Shown here: positions 11,721 to 25,500 of the stretch, in pieces
Layout of the letters: each line of letters starts with the position of its first letter
Numbering within the stretch: position 1 is the first letter of the stretch
Source: Eledone cirrhosa
Lineage: Eukaryota
NCBI GenBank assembly: GCA_964016885.1
Contig: OZ024743.1
Span: forward strand, 95,852,001 to 95,916,000
DNA length: 64,000 nucleotides
Direction: 5' to 3'
Program-made: the position numbers and the translations under genes
Notes under the pieces: generated by a model
Told to the model about the DNA's origin: nothing
Database searches by the model: none
Seen by the model: only the letters and a program-made list of their open reading frames with translations

Positions 11721-14700
11721 AGGCGTAGGAAGAGATAGAGAAGGAAGGAATGGAAAGGCGTAGGAAGAGATAGAGAAGGAGGAATAGAAAGGCGTAGGAA
11801 GAGATAGAGAAGGAAGGAATGGAAAGGTGTAGGAAGAGTTAGAGAAGGAAGAAATGGAAAGGCGTAGGAAGAGATAGAGAAGGAAGGAATGGAATGGCGT
11901 AGGAAAAGATAGAGTAGGAGGAATAGAAAGGCGTAGGAAGAGATAGAGAAGGAAGGAATAGAAAGGCGTAGGAAGAGATAGAGAAGGAAGGAATAGAACA
12001 GTGTAGGAAGAGATAGAGAAGGAAGGAATAGAAAGGCGTAGGAAGAGATAGAGAAGGAAGGAATAGAAAGGCGTAGGAGGAGATAGAGAAGGAAGGAATA
12101 GAAAGGCGTAGGAAGAGATAGAGAAGGAAGGAATGGAAAGGCGTAGGAAGAGATAGAGAAGGAAGGAATAGAAAGGCGTAGGAAGAGATAGAGAAGGAAG
12201 GAATAGAAAGGCGTAGGAGGAGATAGAGAAGGAAGGAATAGAAAGGCGTAGGAAGAGATAGAGAAGGAAGGAATGGAAAGGCGTAGGAAGAGATAGAGAA
12301 GGAAGGAATAGAAAGGCGTAGGAAGAGATAGAGAAGGAAGGAATAGAAAGGCGTAGGAAGAGATAGAGAATGAAGGAATAGAAAGGTGTAGGAAGAGATA
12401 AAGAAGGAAGGAAGGGAAAGGCGTAGGAAGAGATAGAGAAGGAGGAATAGAAAGGCGTAGGAAGAGATAGAGAAGGAAGGAATAGAAAGGTGTAGGAAGA
12501 GATAGAGAATGAAGGAATAGAAAGGTATAGGAAGAGATAAAGATTGAAGGAAGGGAAAGGCGTAGGAAGAGATAGAGAAGGAAGGAATAGAAAGGCGTAA
12601 GAAGAGATAGAGAAGGAAGGAATAGAAAGGAGTAGGAAGAGATAGAGAAGGAAGGAATAGAAAGGCGTAGGAAGAGATAGAGAATGAAGGAATAGAAAGG
12701 TGTAGGAAGAGATAAAGAAGGAAGGAAGGGAAAGGCGTAGGAAGAGATAGAGAAGGAGGAATAGAAAGGCGTAGGAAGAGATAGAGAAGGAAGGAATGGA
12801 AAGGTGTAGGAAGAGTTAGAGAAGGAAGGAATGGAAAGGCGTAGGAAGAGATAGAGAACGAAGGAATAGAAAGGTGTAGGAAGAGATAGAGAAGGAAGGA
12901 ATGGAAAGGCGTACGAAAAGATAGAGAAGGAAGGAATAGAAAGGTGTAGGAAGAGATAGAGAAGCAAGGAATGGAAAGGCGTAGGAAGAGATAGAGAAGG
13001 AAGGAATGGAAAGGTGTAGGAAGAGATAGAGAAGGAAGGAATAGAAAGGCTTAGGAAGAGATTGAGAAGGAAGGAATAGAACAGCGTAGGAAGAGATAGA
13101 GAAGGAAGGAATAGAAAGGTGTAGGAAGAGATAGAGAAGGAAGGAATAGAAAGGCGAAGGAAGTGATAGAGAAGGAAGGAATAGAAAGGCTTAGGATGAG
13201 ATAGAGAAGGAAGGAATAGAACAGCGTAGGAAGAGATAGAGAAGGAAGGAATAGAAAGGCGTAGGAAGAGATAGAGAAGGAAGTAATGGAAAGGCGTAGG
13301 AAGAGATAGAGAAGGAAGGAATAGAAAGGCTTAGGATGAGATAGAGAAGGAAGGAATAGAACAGCGTAGGAAGAGATAGAGAAGGAAGGAATAGAAAGGC
13401 TTAGGATGAGAAAGAGAAGGAAGGAATAGAACAGCGTAGGAAGAGATAGAGAAGGAAGGAATAGAAAGGCGTAGGAAGAGATAGAGAAGGAAGGAATGGA
13501 AAGGTGTAGGAAGAGATAGAGAAGGAAGGAATGGAAAGGCGTAGGAAGAGATAGAGGAGGAAGGAATAGAAAGGTGTAGGAAGAGATAGAGAAGGAAGGA
13601 ATGGAAAGGTGTAGGAAGAGATAGAGAAGGAAGTAATGGAAAGGCGTAGGAAGAGATAGAGAAGGAGGAATAGAAAGGCGTAGGAAGAGATAGAGAAGGA
13701 AGGAATGGAAAGGTGTAGGAAGAGATAGAGAAGGAAGGAATGGAAAGGCGTAGGAAGAGATAGAGAAGGAGGAATAGAAAGGCGTAGGAAGAGATAGAGA
13801 AGGAAGGAATGGAAAGGCGTAGGAAGAGATAGAGAAGGAGGAATAGAAAGGCGTAGGAAGAGATAGAGAAGGAAGGAATGGAAAGGTGTAGGAAGAGTTA
13901 GAGAAGGAAGGAATGGAAAGGCGTAGGAAGAGATAGAGAAGGAAGGAATGGAAAGGCGTAGGAAAAGATAGAGTAGGAGGAATAGAAAGGCGTAGGAAGA
14001 GATAGAGAAGGAAGGAATAGAAAGGCGTAGGAAGAGATAGAGAAGGAAGGAATAGAACAGTGTAGGAAGAGTTAGAGAAGGAAGGAATAGAAAGGCGTAG
14101 GAAGAGATAGAGAAGGAAGGAATAGAAAGGCGTAGGAAGAGATAGAGAAGGAAGGAATGGAAAGGCGTAGGAAGTGATAGAGAAGGAAGTAATAGAACTG
14201 CGTAGGAAGAGATAGAGAAGGAAGGAATAGAAAGACGTAGGAAGAGATAGAGAAGGAAGGAATAGAAAGGTGTAGGAAGTGATAGAGAAGGAAGGAATAG
14301 AAAGGCGTAGGAAGAAATAGAGAATGAAGGAATAGAAAGGTGTAGAAAGAGATAGAGAAGGAAGGAATGGAAAGGCGTAGGAAGAGATAGAGAAGGAATG
14401 AATAGAAAGGCGTAGGAAGAGATAGAGAAGGAGGAATAGAAAGGCGTAGGAAGAGATAGAGAAGGAGGAATAGAAAGGCGTAGGAAGAGATAGAGAAGGA
14501 AGGAATGGAAAGGCGTAGGAAGTGATAGAGAAGGAAGTAATAGAACTGCCTAGGAAGAGATAGAGAAGGAAGGAATAGGAAAACGTAGGAAGAGATATAG
14601 AAGGAATAGGAAGAGATAGAGAAGGAAGGAATAGAAAGGCATAGGAAGAGATAGAGAAGGAAGGAATAGAAAGGCGTAGGAAGAGATAGAGAAGCAAGGA

Positions 14701-17700
14701 ATGGAAAGGCGTAGGAAGAGATAGAGAAGGAAGGAATGGAAAGGCATAGGAAGAGATAGAGAAGGAAGGAATGGAAAGGCATAGGAAGTGATAGAGAAGG
14801 AAGGAATAGAAAGGCATAGGAAGAGATATAGAAGGAATGAATGGAAAGGCGTAGGAAGAGATAGAGAAGGAAGGAATAGAAAGGCGTAGGAAGAGATAGA
14901 GAAGCAAGGAATGGAAAGGCGTAGGAAGAGATAGAGAAGGAAGGAATGGAAAGGCATAGGAAGAGATAGAGAAGGAAGGAATGGAAAGGCGTAGGAAGTG
15001 ATAGAGAAGGAAGGAATAGAAAGGCGTAGGAAGAGATAGAGAAGCAAGGAAGGGAAAGGCATAGGAAGAGATAGAGAAGGAAGGAATAGAAAGGCTTAGG
15101 AAGAGATAGAGAAGGAAGGAATAGAAAGGCGTAGGAAGAGATAGAGAAGGAAGGAATAGAAAGGTGTAGGAAGAGATAGAGAAGGAGGAATAGAAAGGCG
15201 TAGGAAGAGATAGAGAAGGAAGGAATAGAAAGGCGTAGGAAGAGATAGAGAAAGAAGGAATGGAAAGGCGTAGGAAGAGATAGAGAAGGAAGAATAGAAA
15301 GGCGTAGGAAGAGATAGAGAAGCAAGGAATGGAAAGGCTTAGAAAGAGATAGAGAAGGAAGGAATAGAAAGGCGTAGGAAGAGATAGAGAAGGAAGGAAT
15401 GGAAAGGCTTAGGAAGAGATAGAGAAGGAAGGAATAGAAAGGTGTAGGAAGAGATAAAGAAGGAAGGAATGGAAAGGCGTAGGAAGAGATAGAGAAGGAG
15501 GAATAGAAAGGCGTAGGAAGAGATAGAGAAGGAAGGAATGGAAAGGTGTAGGAAGAGTTAGAGAAGGAAGAAATGGAAAGGCGTAGGAAGAGATAGAGAA
15601 GGAAGGAATGGAAAGGCGTAGGAAAAGATAGAGTAGGAGGAATAGAAAGGCGTAGGAAGAGATAGAGAAGGAAGGAATAGAAAGGCGTAGGAAGAGATAG
15701 AGAAGGAAGGAATAGAACAGTGTAGGAAGAGATAGAGAAGGAAGGAATAGAAAGGCGTAGGAAGAGATAGAGAAGGAAGGAATGGAATGGCGTAGGAAAA
15801 GATAGAGTAGGAGGAATAGAAAGGCGTAGGAAGAGATAGAGAAGGAAGGAATAGAAAGGCGTAGGAAGAGATAGAGAAGGAAGGAATAGAACAGTGTAGG
15901 AAGAGATAGAGAAGGAAGGAATAGAAAGGCGTAGGAAGAGATAGAGAAGGAAGGAATAGAAAGGCGTAGGAGGAGATAGAGAAGGAAGGAATAGAAAGGC
16001 GTAGGAAGAGATAGAGAAGGAAGGAATGGAAAGGCGTAGGAAGAGATAGAGAAGGAAGGAATAGAAAGGCGTAGGAAGAGATAGAGAAGGAAGGAATAGA
16101 AAGGCGTAGGAGGAGATAGAGAAGGAAGGAATAGAAAGGCGTAGGAAGAGATAGAGAAGGAAGGAATGGAAAGGCGTAGGAAGAGATAGAGAAGGAAGGA
16201 ATAGAAAGGCGTAGGAAGAGATAGAGAAGGAAGGAATAGAAAGGCGTAGGAAGAGATAGAGAATGAAGGAATAGAAAGGTGTAGGAAGAGATAAAGAAGG
16301 AAGGAAGGGAAAGGCGTAGGAAGAGATAGAGAAGGAGGAATAGAAAGGCGTAGGAAGAGATAGAGAAGGAAGGAATAGAAAGGTGTAGGAAGAGATAGAG
16401 AATGAAGGAATAGAAAGGTATAGGAAGAGATAAAGATTGAAGGAATAGAAAGGCGTAAGAAGAGATAGAGAAGGAAGGAATAGAAAGGAGTAGGAAGAGA
16501 TAGAGAAGGAAGGAATAGAAAGGCGTAGGAAGAGATAGAGAATGAAGGAATAGAAAGGTGTAGGAAGAGATAAAGAAGGAAGGAAGGGAAAGGCGTAGGA
16601 AGAGATAGAGAAGGAGGAATAGAAAGGCGTAGGAAGAGATAGAGAAGGAAGGAATGGAAAGGTGTAGGAAGAGTTAGAGAAGGAAGGAATGGAAAGGCGT
16701 AGGAAGAGATAGAGAACGAAGGAATAGAAAGGTGTAGGAAGAGATAGAGAAGGAAGGAATGGAAAGGCGTACGAAAAGATAGAGAAGGAAGGAATAGAAA
16801 GGTGTAGGAAGAGATAGAGAAGCAAGGAATGGAAAGGCGTAGGAAGAGATAGAGAAGGAAGGAATGGAAAGGTGTAGGAAGAGATAGAGAAGGAAGGAAT
16901 AGAAAGGCTTAGGAAGAGATTGAGAAGGAAGGAATAGAACAGCGTAGGAAGAGATAGAGAAGGAAGGAATAGAAAGGTGTAGGAAGAGATAGAGAAGGAA
17001 GGAATAGAAAGGCGTAGGAAGAGATAGAGAAGGAAGGAATAGAAAGGCTTAGGATGAGATAGAGAAGGAAGGAATAGAACAGCGTAGGAAGAGATAGAGA
17101 AGGAAGGAATAGAAAGGCGTAGGAAGAGATAGAGAAGGAAGTAATGGAAAGGCGTAGGAAGAGATAGAGAAGGAAGGAATAGAAAGGCTTAGGATGAGAT
17201 AGAGAAGGAAGGAATAGAACAGCGTAGGAAGAGATAGAGAAGGAAGGAATAGAAAGGCTTAGGATGAGTAAGAGAAGGAAGGAATAGAACAGCGTAGGAA
17301 GAGATAGAGAAGGAAGGAATAGAAAGGCGTAGGAAGAGATAGAGAAGGAAGGAATGGAAAGGTGTAGGAAGAGATAGAGAAGGAAGGAATGGAAAGGCGT
17401 AGGAAGAGATAGAGGAGGAAGGAATAGAAAGGTGTAGGAAGAGATAGAGAAGGAAGGAATGGAAAGGTGTAGGAAGAGATAGAGAAGGAAGTAATGGAAA
17501 GGCGTAGGAAGAGATAGAGAAGGAGGAATAGAAAGGCGTAGGAAGAGATAGAGAAGGAAGGAATGGAAAGGTGTAGGAAGAGATAGAGAAGGAAGGAATG
17601 GAAAGGCGTAGGAAGAGATAGAGAAGGAGGAATAGAAAGGCGTAGGAAGAGATAGAGAAGGAAGGAATGGAAAGGCGTAGGAAGAGATAGAGAAGGAGGA

Positions 17701-19279
17701 ATAGAAAGGCGTAGGAAGAGATAGAGAAGGAAGGAATGGAAAGGTGTAGGAAGAGTTAGAGAAGGAAGGAATGGAAAGGCGTAGGAAGAGATAGAGAAGG
17801 AAGGAATGGAAAGGCGTAGGAAAATATAGAGTAGGAGGAATAGAAAGGCGTAGGAAGAGATAGAGAAGGAAGGAATAGAAAGGCGTAGGAAGAGATAGAG
17901 AAGGAAGGAATAGAACAGTGTAGGAAGAGTTAGAGAAGGAAGGAATAGAAAGGCGTAGGAAGAGATAGAGAAGGAAGGAATAGAAAGGCGTAGGAAGAGA
18001 TAGAGAAGGAAGGAATGGAAAGGCGTAGGAAGTGATAGAGAAGGAAGTAATAGAACTGCGTAGGAAGAGATAGAGAAGGAAGGAATAGAAAGACGTAGGA
18101 AGAGATAGAGAAGGAAGGAATAGCAAGGTGTAGGAAGTGATAGAGAAGGAAGGAATAGAAAGGCGTAGGAAGAGATAGAGAATGAAGGAATAGAAAGGTG
18201 TAGGAAGAGATAGAGAAGGAAGGAATGGAAAGGCGTAGGAAGAGATAGAGAAGGAATGAATAGAAAGGCGTAGGAAGAGATAGAGAAGGAGGAATAGAAA
18301 GGCGTAGGAAGAGATAGAGAAGGAGGAATAGAAAGGCGTAGGAAGAGATAGAGAAGGAAGGAATAGAAAGGCGTAGGAAGTGATAGAGAAGGAAGTAATA
18401 GAACTGCCTAGGAAGAGATAGAGAAGGAAGGAATAGGAAACCGTAGGAAGAGATATAGAAGGAATAGGAAGAGATAGAGAAGGAAGGAATAGAAAGGCGT
18501 AGGAAGAGATAGAGAAGGAAGGAATAGAACAGTGTAGGAAGAGATAGAGAAGGAAGGAATAGAAAGGCGTAGGAAGAGATAGAGAAGGAAGGAATAGAAA
18601 GGCGTAGGAAGAGATAGAGAAGGAAGGAATGGAAAGGCGTAGGAAGTGATAGAGAAGGAAGTAATAGAACTGCGTAGGAAGAGATAGAGAAGGAAGGAAT
18701 AGAAAAACGTAGGAAGAGATAGAGAAGGAAGGAATAGAAAGGTGTAGGAAGTGATAGAGAAGGAAGGAATAGAAAGGCGTAGGAAGAGATAGAGAATGAA
18801 GGAATAGAAAGGTGTAGGAAGAGATAGAGAAGGAAGGAATGGAAAGGCGTAGGAAGAGATAGAGAAGGACGGAATAGAAAGGCGTAGGAATAGATAGAGA
18901 AGGAGGAATAGAAAGGCGTAGGAAGAGATAGAGAAGGAGGAATAGAAAGGCGTAGGAAGAGATAGAGAAGGAAGGAATGGAAAGGCGTAGGAAGTGATAG
19001 AGAAGGAAGTAATAGAACTGCCTAGGAAGAGATAGAGAAGGAAGGAATAGGAAAACGTAGGAAGAGATATAGAAGGAATGAATGGAAAGGCATAGGAAGA
19101 GATAGAGAAGGAAGGAATAGAAAGGCGTAGGAAGAGATAGAGAAGCAAGGAATGGAAAGGCGTAGGAAGAGATAGAGAAGGAGGAATGGAAAGGCATAGG
19201 AAGAGATAGAGAAGGAAGGAATGGAAAGGCATAGGAAGAGATAGAGAAGGAAGGAATGGAAAGGCGTAGGAAGTGATAG

Positions 19280-19880
19280 AGAAGCAAGGAAGGGAAAGGC
19301 ATAGGAAGAGATAGAGAAGGAAGGAATAGAAAGGCTTAGGAAGAGATAGAGAAGGAAGGAATAGAAAGGCGTAGGAAGAGATAGAGAAGCAAGGAAGGGA
19401 AAGGCATAGGAAGAGATAGAGAAGGAAGGAATAGAAAGGCTTAGGAAGAGATAGAGAAGGAAGGAATAGAAAGGCGTAGGAAGAGATAGAGAAGCAAGGA
19501 AGGGAAAGGCATAGGAAGAGATAGAGAAGGAAGGAATAGAAAGGCTTAGGAAGAGATAGAGAAGGAAGGAATAGAAAGGCGTAGGAAGAGATAGAGAAGG
19601 AAGGAATAGAAAGGTGTAGGAAGAGATAGAGAAGGAGGAATAGAAAGGCGTAGGAAGAGATAGAGAAGCAAGGAAGGGAAAGGCATAGGAAGAGATAGAG
19701 AAGGAAGGAATAGAAAGGCTTAGGAAGAGATAGAGAAGGAAGGAATAGAAAGGCGTAGGAAGAGATAGAGAAGCAAGGAAGGGAAAGGCATAGGAAGAGA
19801 TAGAGAAGGAAGGAATAGAAAGGCTTAGGAAGAGATAGAGAAGGAAGGAATAGAAAGGCGTAGGAAGAGATAGAGAAGGA
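19280..19880 (+). repeat. Local 105-bp (3-monomer) higher-order repeat, 5 copies with one 69-bp interruption
   Basis: The first C of GAAGCAAGGAAGGGAAAGGCAT is at 19285, 19390, 19495, 19669 and 19774, each followed by a GGCTTAGG monomer. Confidence 0.9.
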
Positions 19881-22599
19881 AGGAATAGAAAGGTGTAGGA
19901 AGAGATAGAGAAGGAGGAATAGAAAGGCGTAGGAAGAGATAGAGAATGAAGGAATAGAAAGGCGTAGGAAGAGATAGAGAAAGAAGGAATAGAAAGGCGT
20001 AGGAAGAGATAGAGAAGGAAGGAATGGAAAGGCTTAGGAACAGATAGAGAAGGAAGGAATAGAAAGGTGTAGGAAGAGATAAAGAAGGAAGGAATGGAAA
20101 GGCGTAGGAAGAGATAGAGAAGGAGGAATAGAAAGGCGTAGGAAGAGATAGTGAAGGAAGGAATGGAAAGGTGTAGGAAGAGATAGAGAAGGAAGGAATG
20201 GAAAGGTGTAGGAGGAGATAGAGAAGGAAGTAATGGAAAGGTGTAGGAAGAGATAGAGAAGGAAGGAATGGAAAGGCGTAGGAAGAGATAGAGAAGGAGG
20301 AATAGAAAGGCGTAGGAAGAGATAGAGAAGGAAGGAATGGAAAGGCGTAGGAAGAGATAGAGAAGGAGGAATAGAAAGGCGTAGGAAGAGATAGAGAAGG
20401 AAGGAATGGAAAGGTGTAGGAAGAGTTAGAGAAGGAAGAAATGGAAAGGCGTAGGAAGAGATAGAGAAGGAAGGAATGGAATGGCGTAGGAAAAGATAGA
20501 GTAGGAGGAATAGAAAGGCGTAGGAAGAGATAGAGAAGGAAGGAATAGAAAGGCGTAGGAAGAGATAGAGAAGGAAGGAATAGAACAGTGTAGGAAGAGA
20601 TAGAGAAGGAAGGAATAGAAAGGCGTAGGAAGAGATAGAGAAGGAAGGAATAGAAAGGCGTAGGAGGAGATAGAGAAGGAAGGAATAGAAAGGCGTAGGA
20701 AGAGATAGAGAAGGAAGGAATGGAAAGGCGTAGGAAGAGATAGAGAAGGAAGGAATAGAAAGGCGTAGGAAGAGATAGAGAAGGAAGGAATAGAAAGGCG
20801 TAGGAGGAGATAGAGAAGGAAGGAATAGAAAGGCGTAGGAAGAGATAGAGAAGGAAGGAATGGAAAGGCGTAGGAAGAGATAGAGAAGGAAGGAATAGAA
20901 AGGCGTAGGAAGAGATAGAGAAGGAAGGAATATAAAGGCGTAGGAAGAGATAGAGAATGAAGGAATAGAAAGGTGTAGGAAGAGATAAAGAAGGAAGGAA
21001 GGGAAAGGCGTAGGAAGAGATAGAGAAGGAGGAATAGAAAGGCGTAGGAAGAGATAGAGAAGGAAGGAATAGAAAGGTGTAGGAAGAGATAGAGAATGAA
21101 GGAATAGAAAGGTATAGGAAGAGATAAAGATTGAAGGAAGGGAAAGGCGTAGGAAGAGATAGAGAAGGAAGGAATAGAAAGGCGTAAGAAGAGATAGAGA
21201 AGGAAGGAATAGAAAGGAGTAGGAAGAGATAGAGAAGGAAGGAATAGAAAGGCGTAGGAAGAGATAGAGAATGAAGGAATAGAAAGGTGTAGGAAGAGAT
21301 AAAGAAGGAAGGAAGGGAAAGGCGTAGGAAGAGATAGAGAAGGAGGAATAGAAAGGCGTAGGAAGAGATAGAGAAGGAAGGAATGGAAAGGTGTAGGAAG
21401 AGTTAGAGAAGGAAGGAATGGAAAGGCGTAGGAAGAGATAGAGAACGAAGGAATAGAAAGGTGTAGGAAGAGATAGAGAAGGAAGGAATGGAAAGGCGTA
21501 CGAAAAGATAGAGAAGGAAGGAATAGAAAGGTGTAGGAAGAGATAGAGAAGCAAGGAATGGAAAGGCGTAGGAAGAGATAGAGAAGGAAGGAATGGAAAG
21601 GTGTAGGAAGAGATAGAGAAGGAAGGAATAGAAAGGCTTAGGAAGAGATTGAGAAGGAAGGAATAGAACAGCGTAGGAAGAGATAGAGAAGGAAGGAATA
21701 GAAAGGTGTAGGAAGAGATAGAGAAGGAAGGAATAGAAAGGCGTAGGAAGAGATAGAGAAGGAAGGAATAGAAAGGCTTAGGATGAGATAGAGAAGGAAG
21801 GAATAGAACAGCGTAGGAAGAGATAGAGAAGGAAGGAATAGAAAGGCGTAGGAAGAGATAGAGAAGGAAGTAATGGAAAGGCGTAGGAAGAGATAGAGAA
21901 GGAAGGAATAGAAAGGCTTAGGATGAGATAGAGAAGGAAGGAATAGAACAGCGTAGGAAGAGATAGAGAAGGAAGGAATAGAAAGGCTTAGGATGAGAAA
22001 GAGAAGGAAGGAATAGAACAGCGTAGGAAGAGATAGAGAAGGAAGGAATAGAAAGGCGTAGGAAGAGATAGAGAAGGAAGGAATGGAAAAGTGTAGGAAG
22101 AGATAGAGAAGGAAGGAATGGAAAGGCGTAGGAAGAGATAGAGGAGGAAGGAATAGAAAGGTGTAGGAAGAGATAGAGAAGGAAGGAATGGAAAGGTGTA
22201 GGAAGAGATAGAGAAGGAAGTAATGGAAAGGCGTAGGAAGAGATAGAGAAGGAGGAATAGAAAGGCGTAGGAAGAGATAGAGAAGGAAGGAATGGAAAGG
22301 TGTAGGAAGAGATAGAGAAGGAAGGAATGGAAAGGCGTAGGAAGAGATAGAGAAGGAGGAATAGAAAGGCGTAGGAAGAGATAGAGAAGGAAGGAATGGA
22401 AAGGCGTAGGAAGAGATAGAGAAGGAGGAATAGAAAGGCGTAGGAAGAGATAGAGAAGGAAGGAATAGAAAGGCATAGGAAGAGATATAGAAGGAATGAA
22501 TGGAAAGGCGTAGGAAGAGATAGAGAAGGAAGGAATAGAAAGGCGTAGGAAGAGATAGAGAAGGAAGGAATAGAAAGGCATAGGAAGAGATATAGAAGG

Positions 22600-25500
22600 A
22601 ATGAATGGAAAGGCGTAGGAAGAGATAGAGAAGGAAGGAATAGAAAGGCGTAGGAAGAGATAGAGAAGCAAGGAATGGAAAGGCGTAGGAAGAGATAGAG
22701 AAGGAAGGAATGGAAAGGCATAGGAAGAGATAGAGAAGGAAGGAATGGAAAGGCGTAGGAAGTGATAGAGAAGGAAGGAATAGAAAGGCGTAGGAAGAGA
22801 TAGAGAAGCAAGGAAGGGAAAGGCATAGGAAGAGATAGAGAAGGAAGGAATAGAAAGGCTTAGGAAGAGATAGAGAAGGAAGGAATAGAAAGGCGTAGGA
22901 AGAGATAGAGAAGGAAGGAATAGAAAGGTGTAGGAAGAGATAGAGAAGGAGGAATAGAAAGGCGTAGGAAGAGATAGAGAAGGAAGGAATAGAAAGGCGT
23001 GGGAAGAGATAGAGAAAGAAGGAATGGAAAGGCGTAGGAAGAGATAGAGAAGGAAGAATAGAAAGGCGTAGGAAGAGATAGAGAAGCAAGGAATGGAAAG
23101 GCTTAGAAAGAGATAGAGAAGGAAGGAATAGAAAGGCGTAGGAAGAGATAGAGAAGGAAGGAATGGAAAGGCTTAGGAAGAGATAGAGAAGGAAGGAATA
23201 GAAAGGTGTAGGAAGAGATAAAGAAGGAAGGAATGGAAAGGCGTAGGAAGAGATAGAGAAGGAGGAATAGAAAGGCGTAGGAAGAGATAGAGAAGGAAGG
23301 AATGGAAAGGTGTAGGAAGAGTTAGAGAAGGAAGAAATGGAAAGGCGTAGGAAGAGATAGAGAAGGAAGGAATGGAAAGGCGTAGGAAAAGATAGAGTAG
23401 GAGGAATAGAAAGGCGTAGGAAGAGATAGAGAAGGAAGGAATAGAAAGGCGTAGGAAGAGATAGAGAAGGAAGGAATAGAACAGTGTAGGAAGAGATAGA
23501 GAAGGAAGGAATAGAAAGGCGTAGGAAGAGATAGAGAAGGAAGGAATAGAAAGGCGTAGGAAGAGATAGAGAAGGAAGTAATAGAACTGCGTAGGAAGAG
23601 ATAGAGAAGGAAGGAATAGAAAGGTGTAGGAAGTGATAGAGAAGGAAGGAATAGAAAGGCGTAGGAAGAGATAGAGAATGAAGGAATAGAAAGTGGTAGG
23701 AAGAGATAGAGAAGGAAGGAATGCAAAGGCGTAGGAAGAGATAGAGAAGGAAGGAATAGAAAGGCGTAGGAAGAGATAGAGAAGGAGGAATAGAAAGGCG
23801 TAGGAAGAGATAGAGAAGGAGGAATAGAAAGGCGTAGGAAGAGATAGAGAAGGAAGGAATGGAAAGGCGTAGGAAGTGATAGAGAAGGAAGTAATAGAAC
23901 TGCCTAGGAAGAGATAGAGAAGGAAGGAATAGGAAAACGTAGGAAGAGATATAGAAGGAATGAATGGAAAGGCATAGGAAGAGATAGAGAAGTAAGGAAT
24001 AGAAAGGCGTAGGAAGAGATAGAGAAGCAAGGAATGGAAAGGCGTAGGAAGAGATAGAGAAGGAAGGAATAGAAAGGTGTAGGAAGAGATAGAGAAGGAA
24101 GGAATGGAAAGGCGTAGGAAGAGATAGAGAAGGAGGAATAGAAAGGCGTGGGAAGAGATAGAGAAGGAAGGAATGGAAAGACGTAGGAAGAGATGGAGAA
24201 GGAAGGAATAGAAAGGCGTAGGAAGAGATGGAGAAGGAAGGAATAGAAAGGTGTAGGAAGAGATAGAGAAGGAAGGAATAGAAAGACGTAGGAAGAGATA
24301 GAGAAGGAAGGAATAGAAAGGCGTAGGAAGAGATAGAGAAGGAAGGAATAGAAAGGCGTAGGAAGAGATAGAGAATGAAGGAATAGAAAGGTGTAGGAAG
24401 AGATAGAGAAGGAAGGAATGGAAAGGCGTAGGAAGAGATAGAGAAGGAAGGAATAGGAAGATGTAGGAAGAGATAGAGAAGGAAGGAATGGAAAGGCGTA
24501 GGAAGAGATAGAGAAGGAGGAATAGAAAGGCGTAGGAAGAGATTGAGAAGGAAGGAATGGAAAGGTGTAGGAAGAGTTAGAGAAGGAAGGAATGGGAAGG
24601 CGTAGGAAGAGATAGAGAAGGAAGGAATAGAAAGTCGTAGGAAGAGATAGAGAAGGAAGGAATGGAAAGGCGTAGGAAGAGATGGAGAAGGAAAGAATAG
24701 AAAGGTGTAGGAAGAGTTAGAGAAGGAAGGAATGGGAAGGCGTAGGAAGAGATAGAGAAGGAAGGAATGGAAAGGTGTAGGAAGAGTTAGAGAAGGAAGG
24801 AATGGGAAGGCGTAGGAAGAGATAGAGAAGGAAGGAATAGAAAGGTGTAGGAAGAGATTGAGAAGGAAGGAATGGAAAGGCGTAGGAAGAAATAGAGAAG
24901 GAAGGAATAGAAAGTCGTAGGAAGAGATAGAGAAGGAAGGAATGGAAAGGTGTAGGAAGAGATAGAGAAGGAAGGAATAGAAAGGCTTAGGAAGAGATAG
25001 AGAAGGAAGGAATTGAACAGCGTAGGAAGAGATAGAGAAGGAAGGAATAGAAAGGCATAGGAAGAGATAGAGAAGGAAGGAATAGAAAGGCGTAGGAAGA
25101 GATGGAGAAGGAAAGAATAGAAAGGTGTAGGAAGAGATAGAGAAGGAAGGAATAGAAAGGCGTAGGAAGAGATAGAGAAGGAAGGAATAGAAAGGCGTAG
25201 GAAGAGATGGTGAAGGAAGGAATAGAAAGGCGTAGGAAGAGATAGAGAAGGAAGGAATGGAAAGGCGTAGGAAGAGAGAGAAGGAAGGAATAGAAAGGTG
25301 TAGGAAGGTATAGAGAAGGAAGGAATAGAAAGGCGTAGGAAGAGATAGAGAAGGAAGGAATAGAAAGACGTAGGAAGAGATAGAGAAGGAAGGAATAGAA
25401 AGGTGTAGGAAGAGATAGAGAAGGAAGGAATAGAAAGACATAGGAAGAGATAGAGAAGGATAGAATAGAAAGGCGTAGGAAGAGATAGAGAAGGAAGGAA

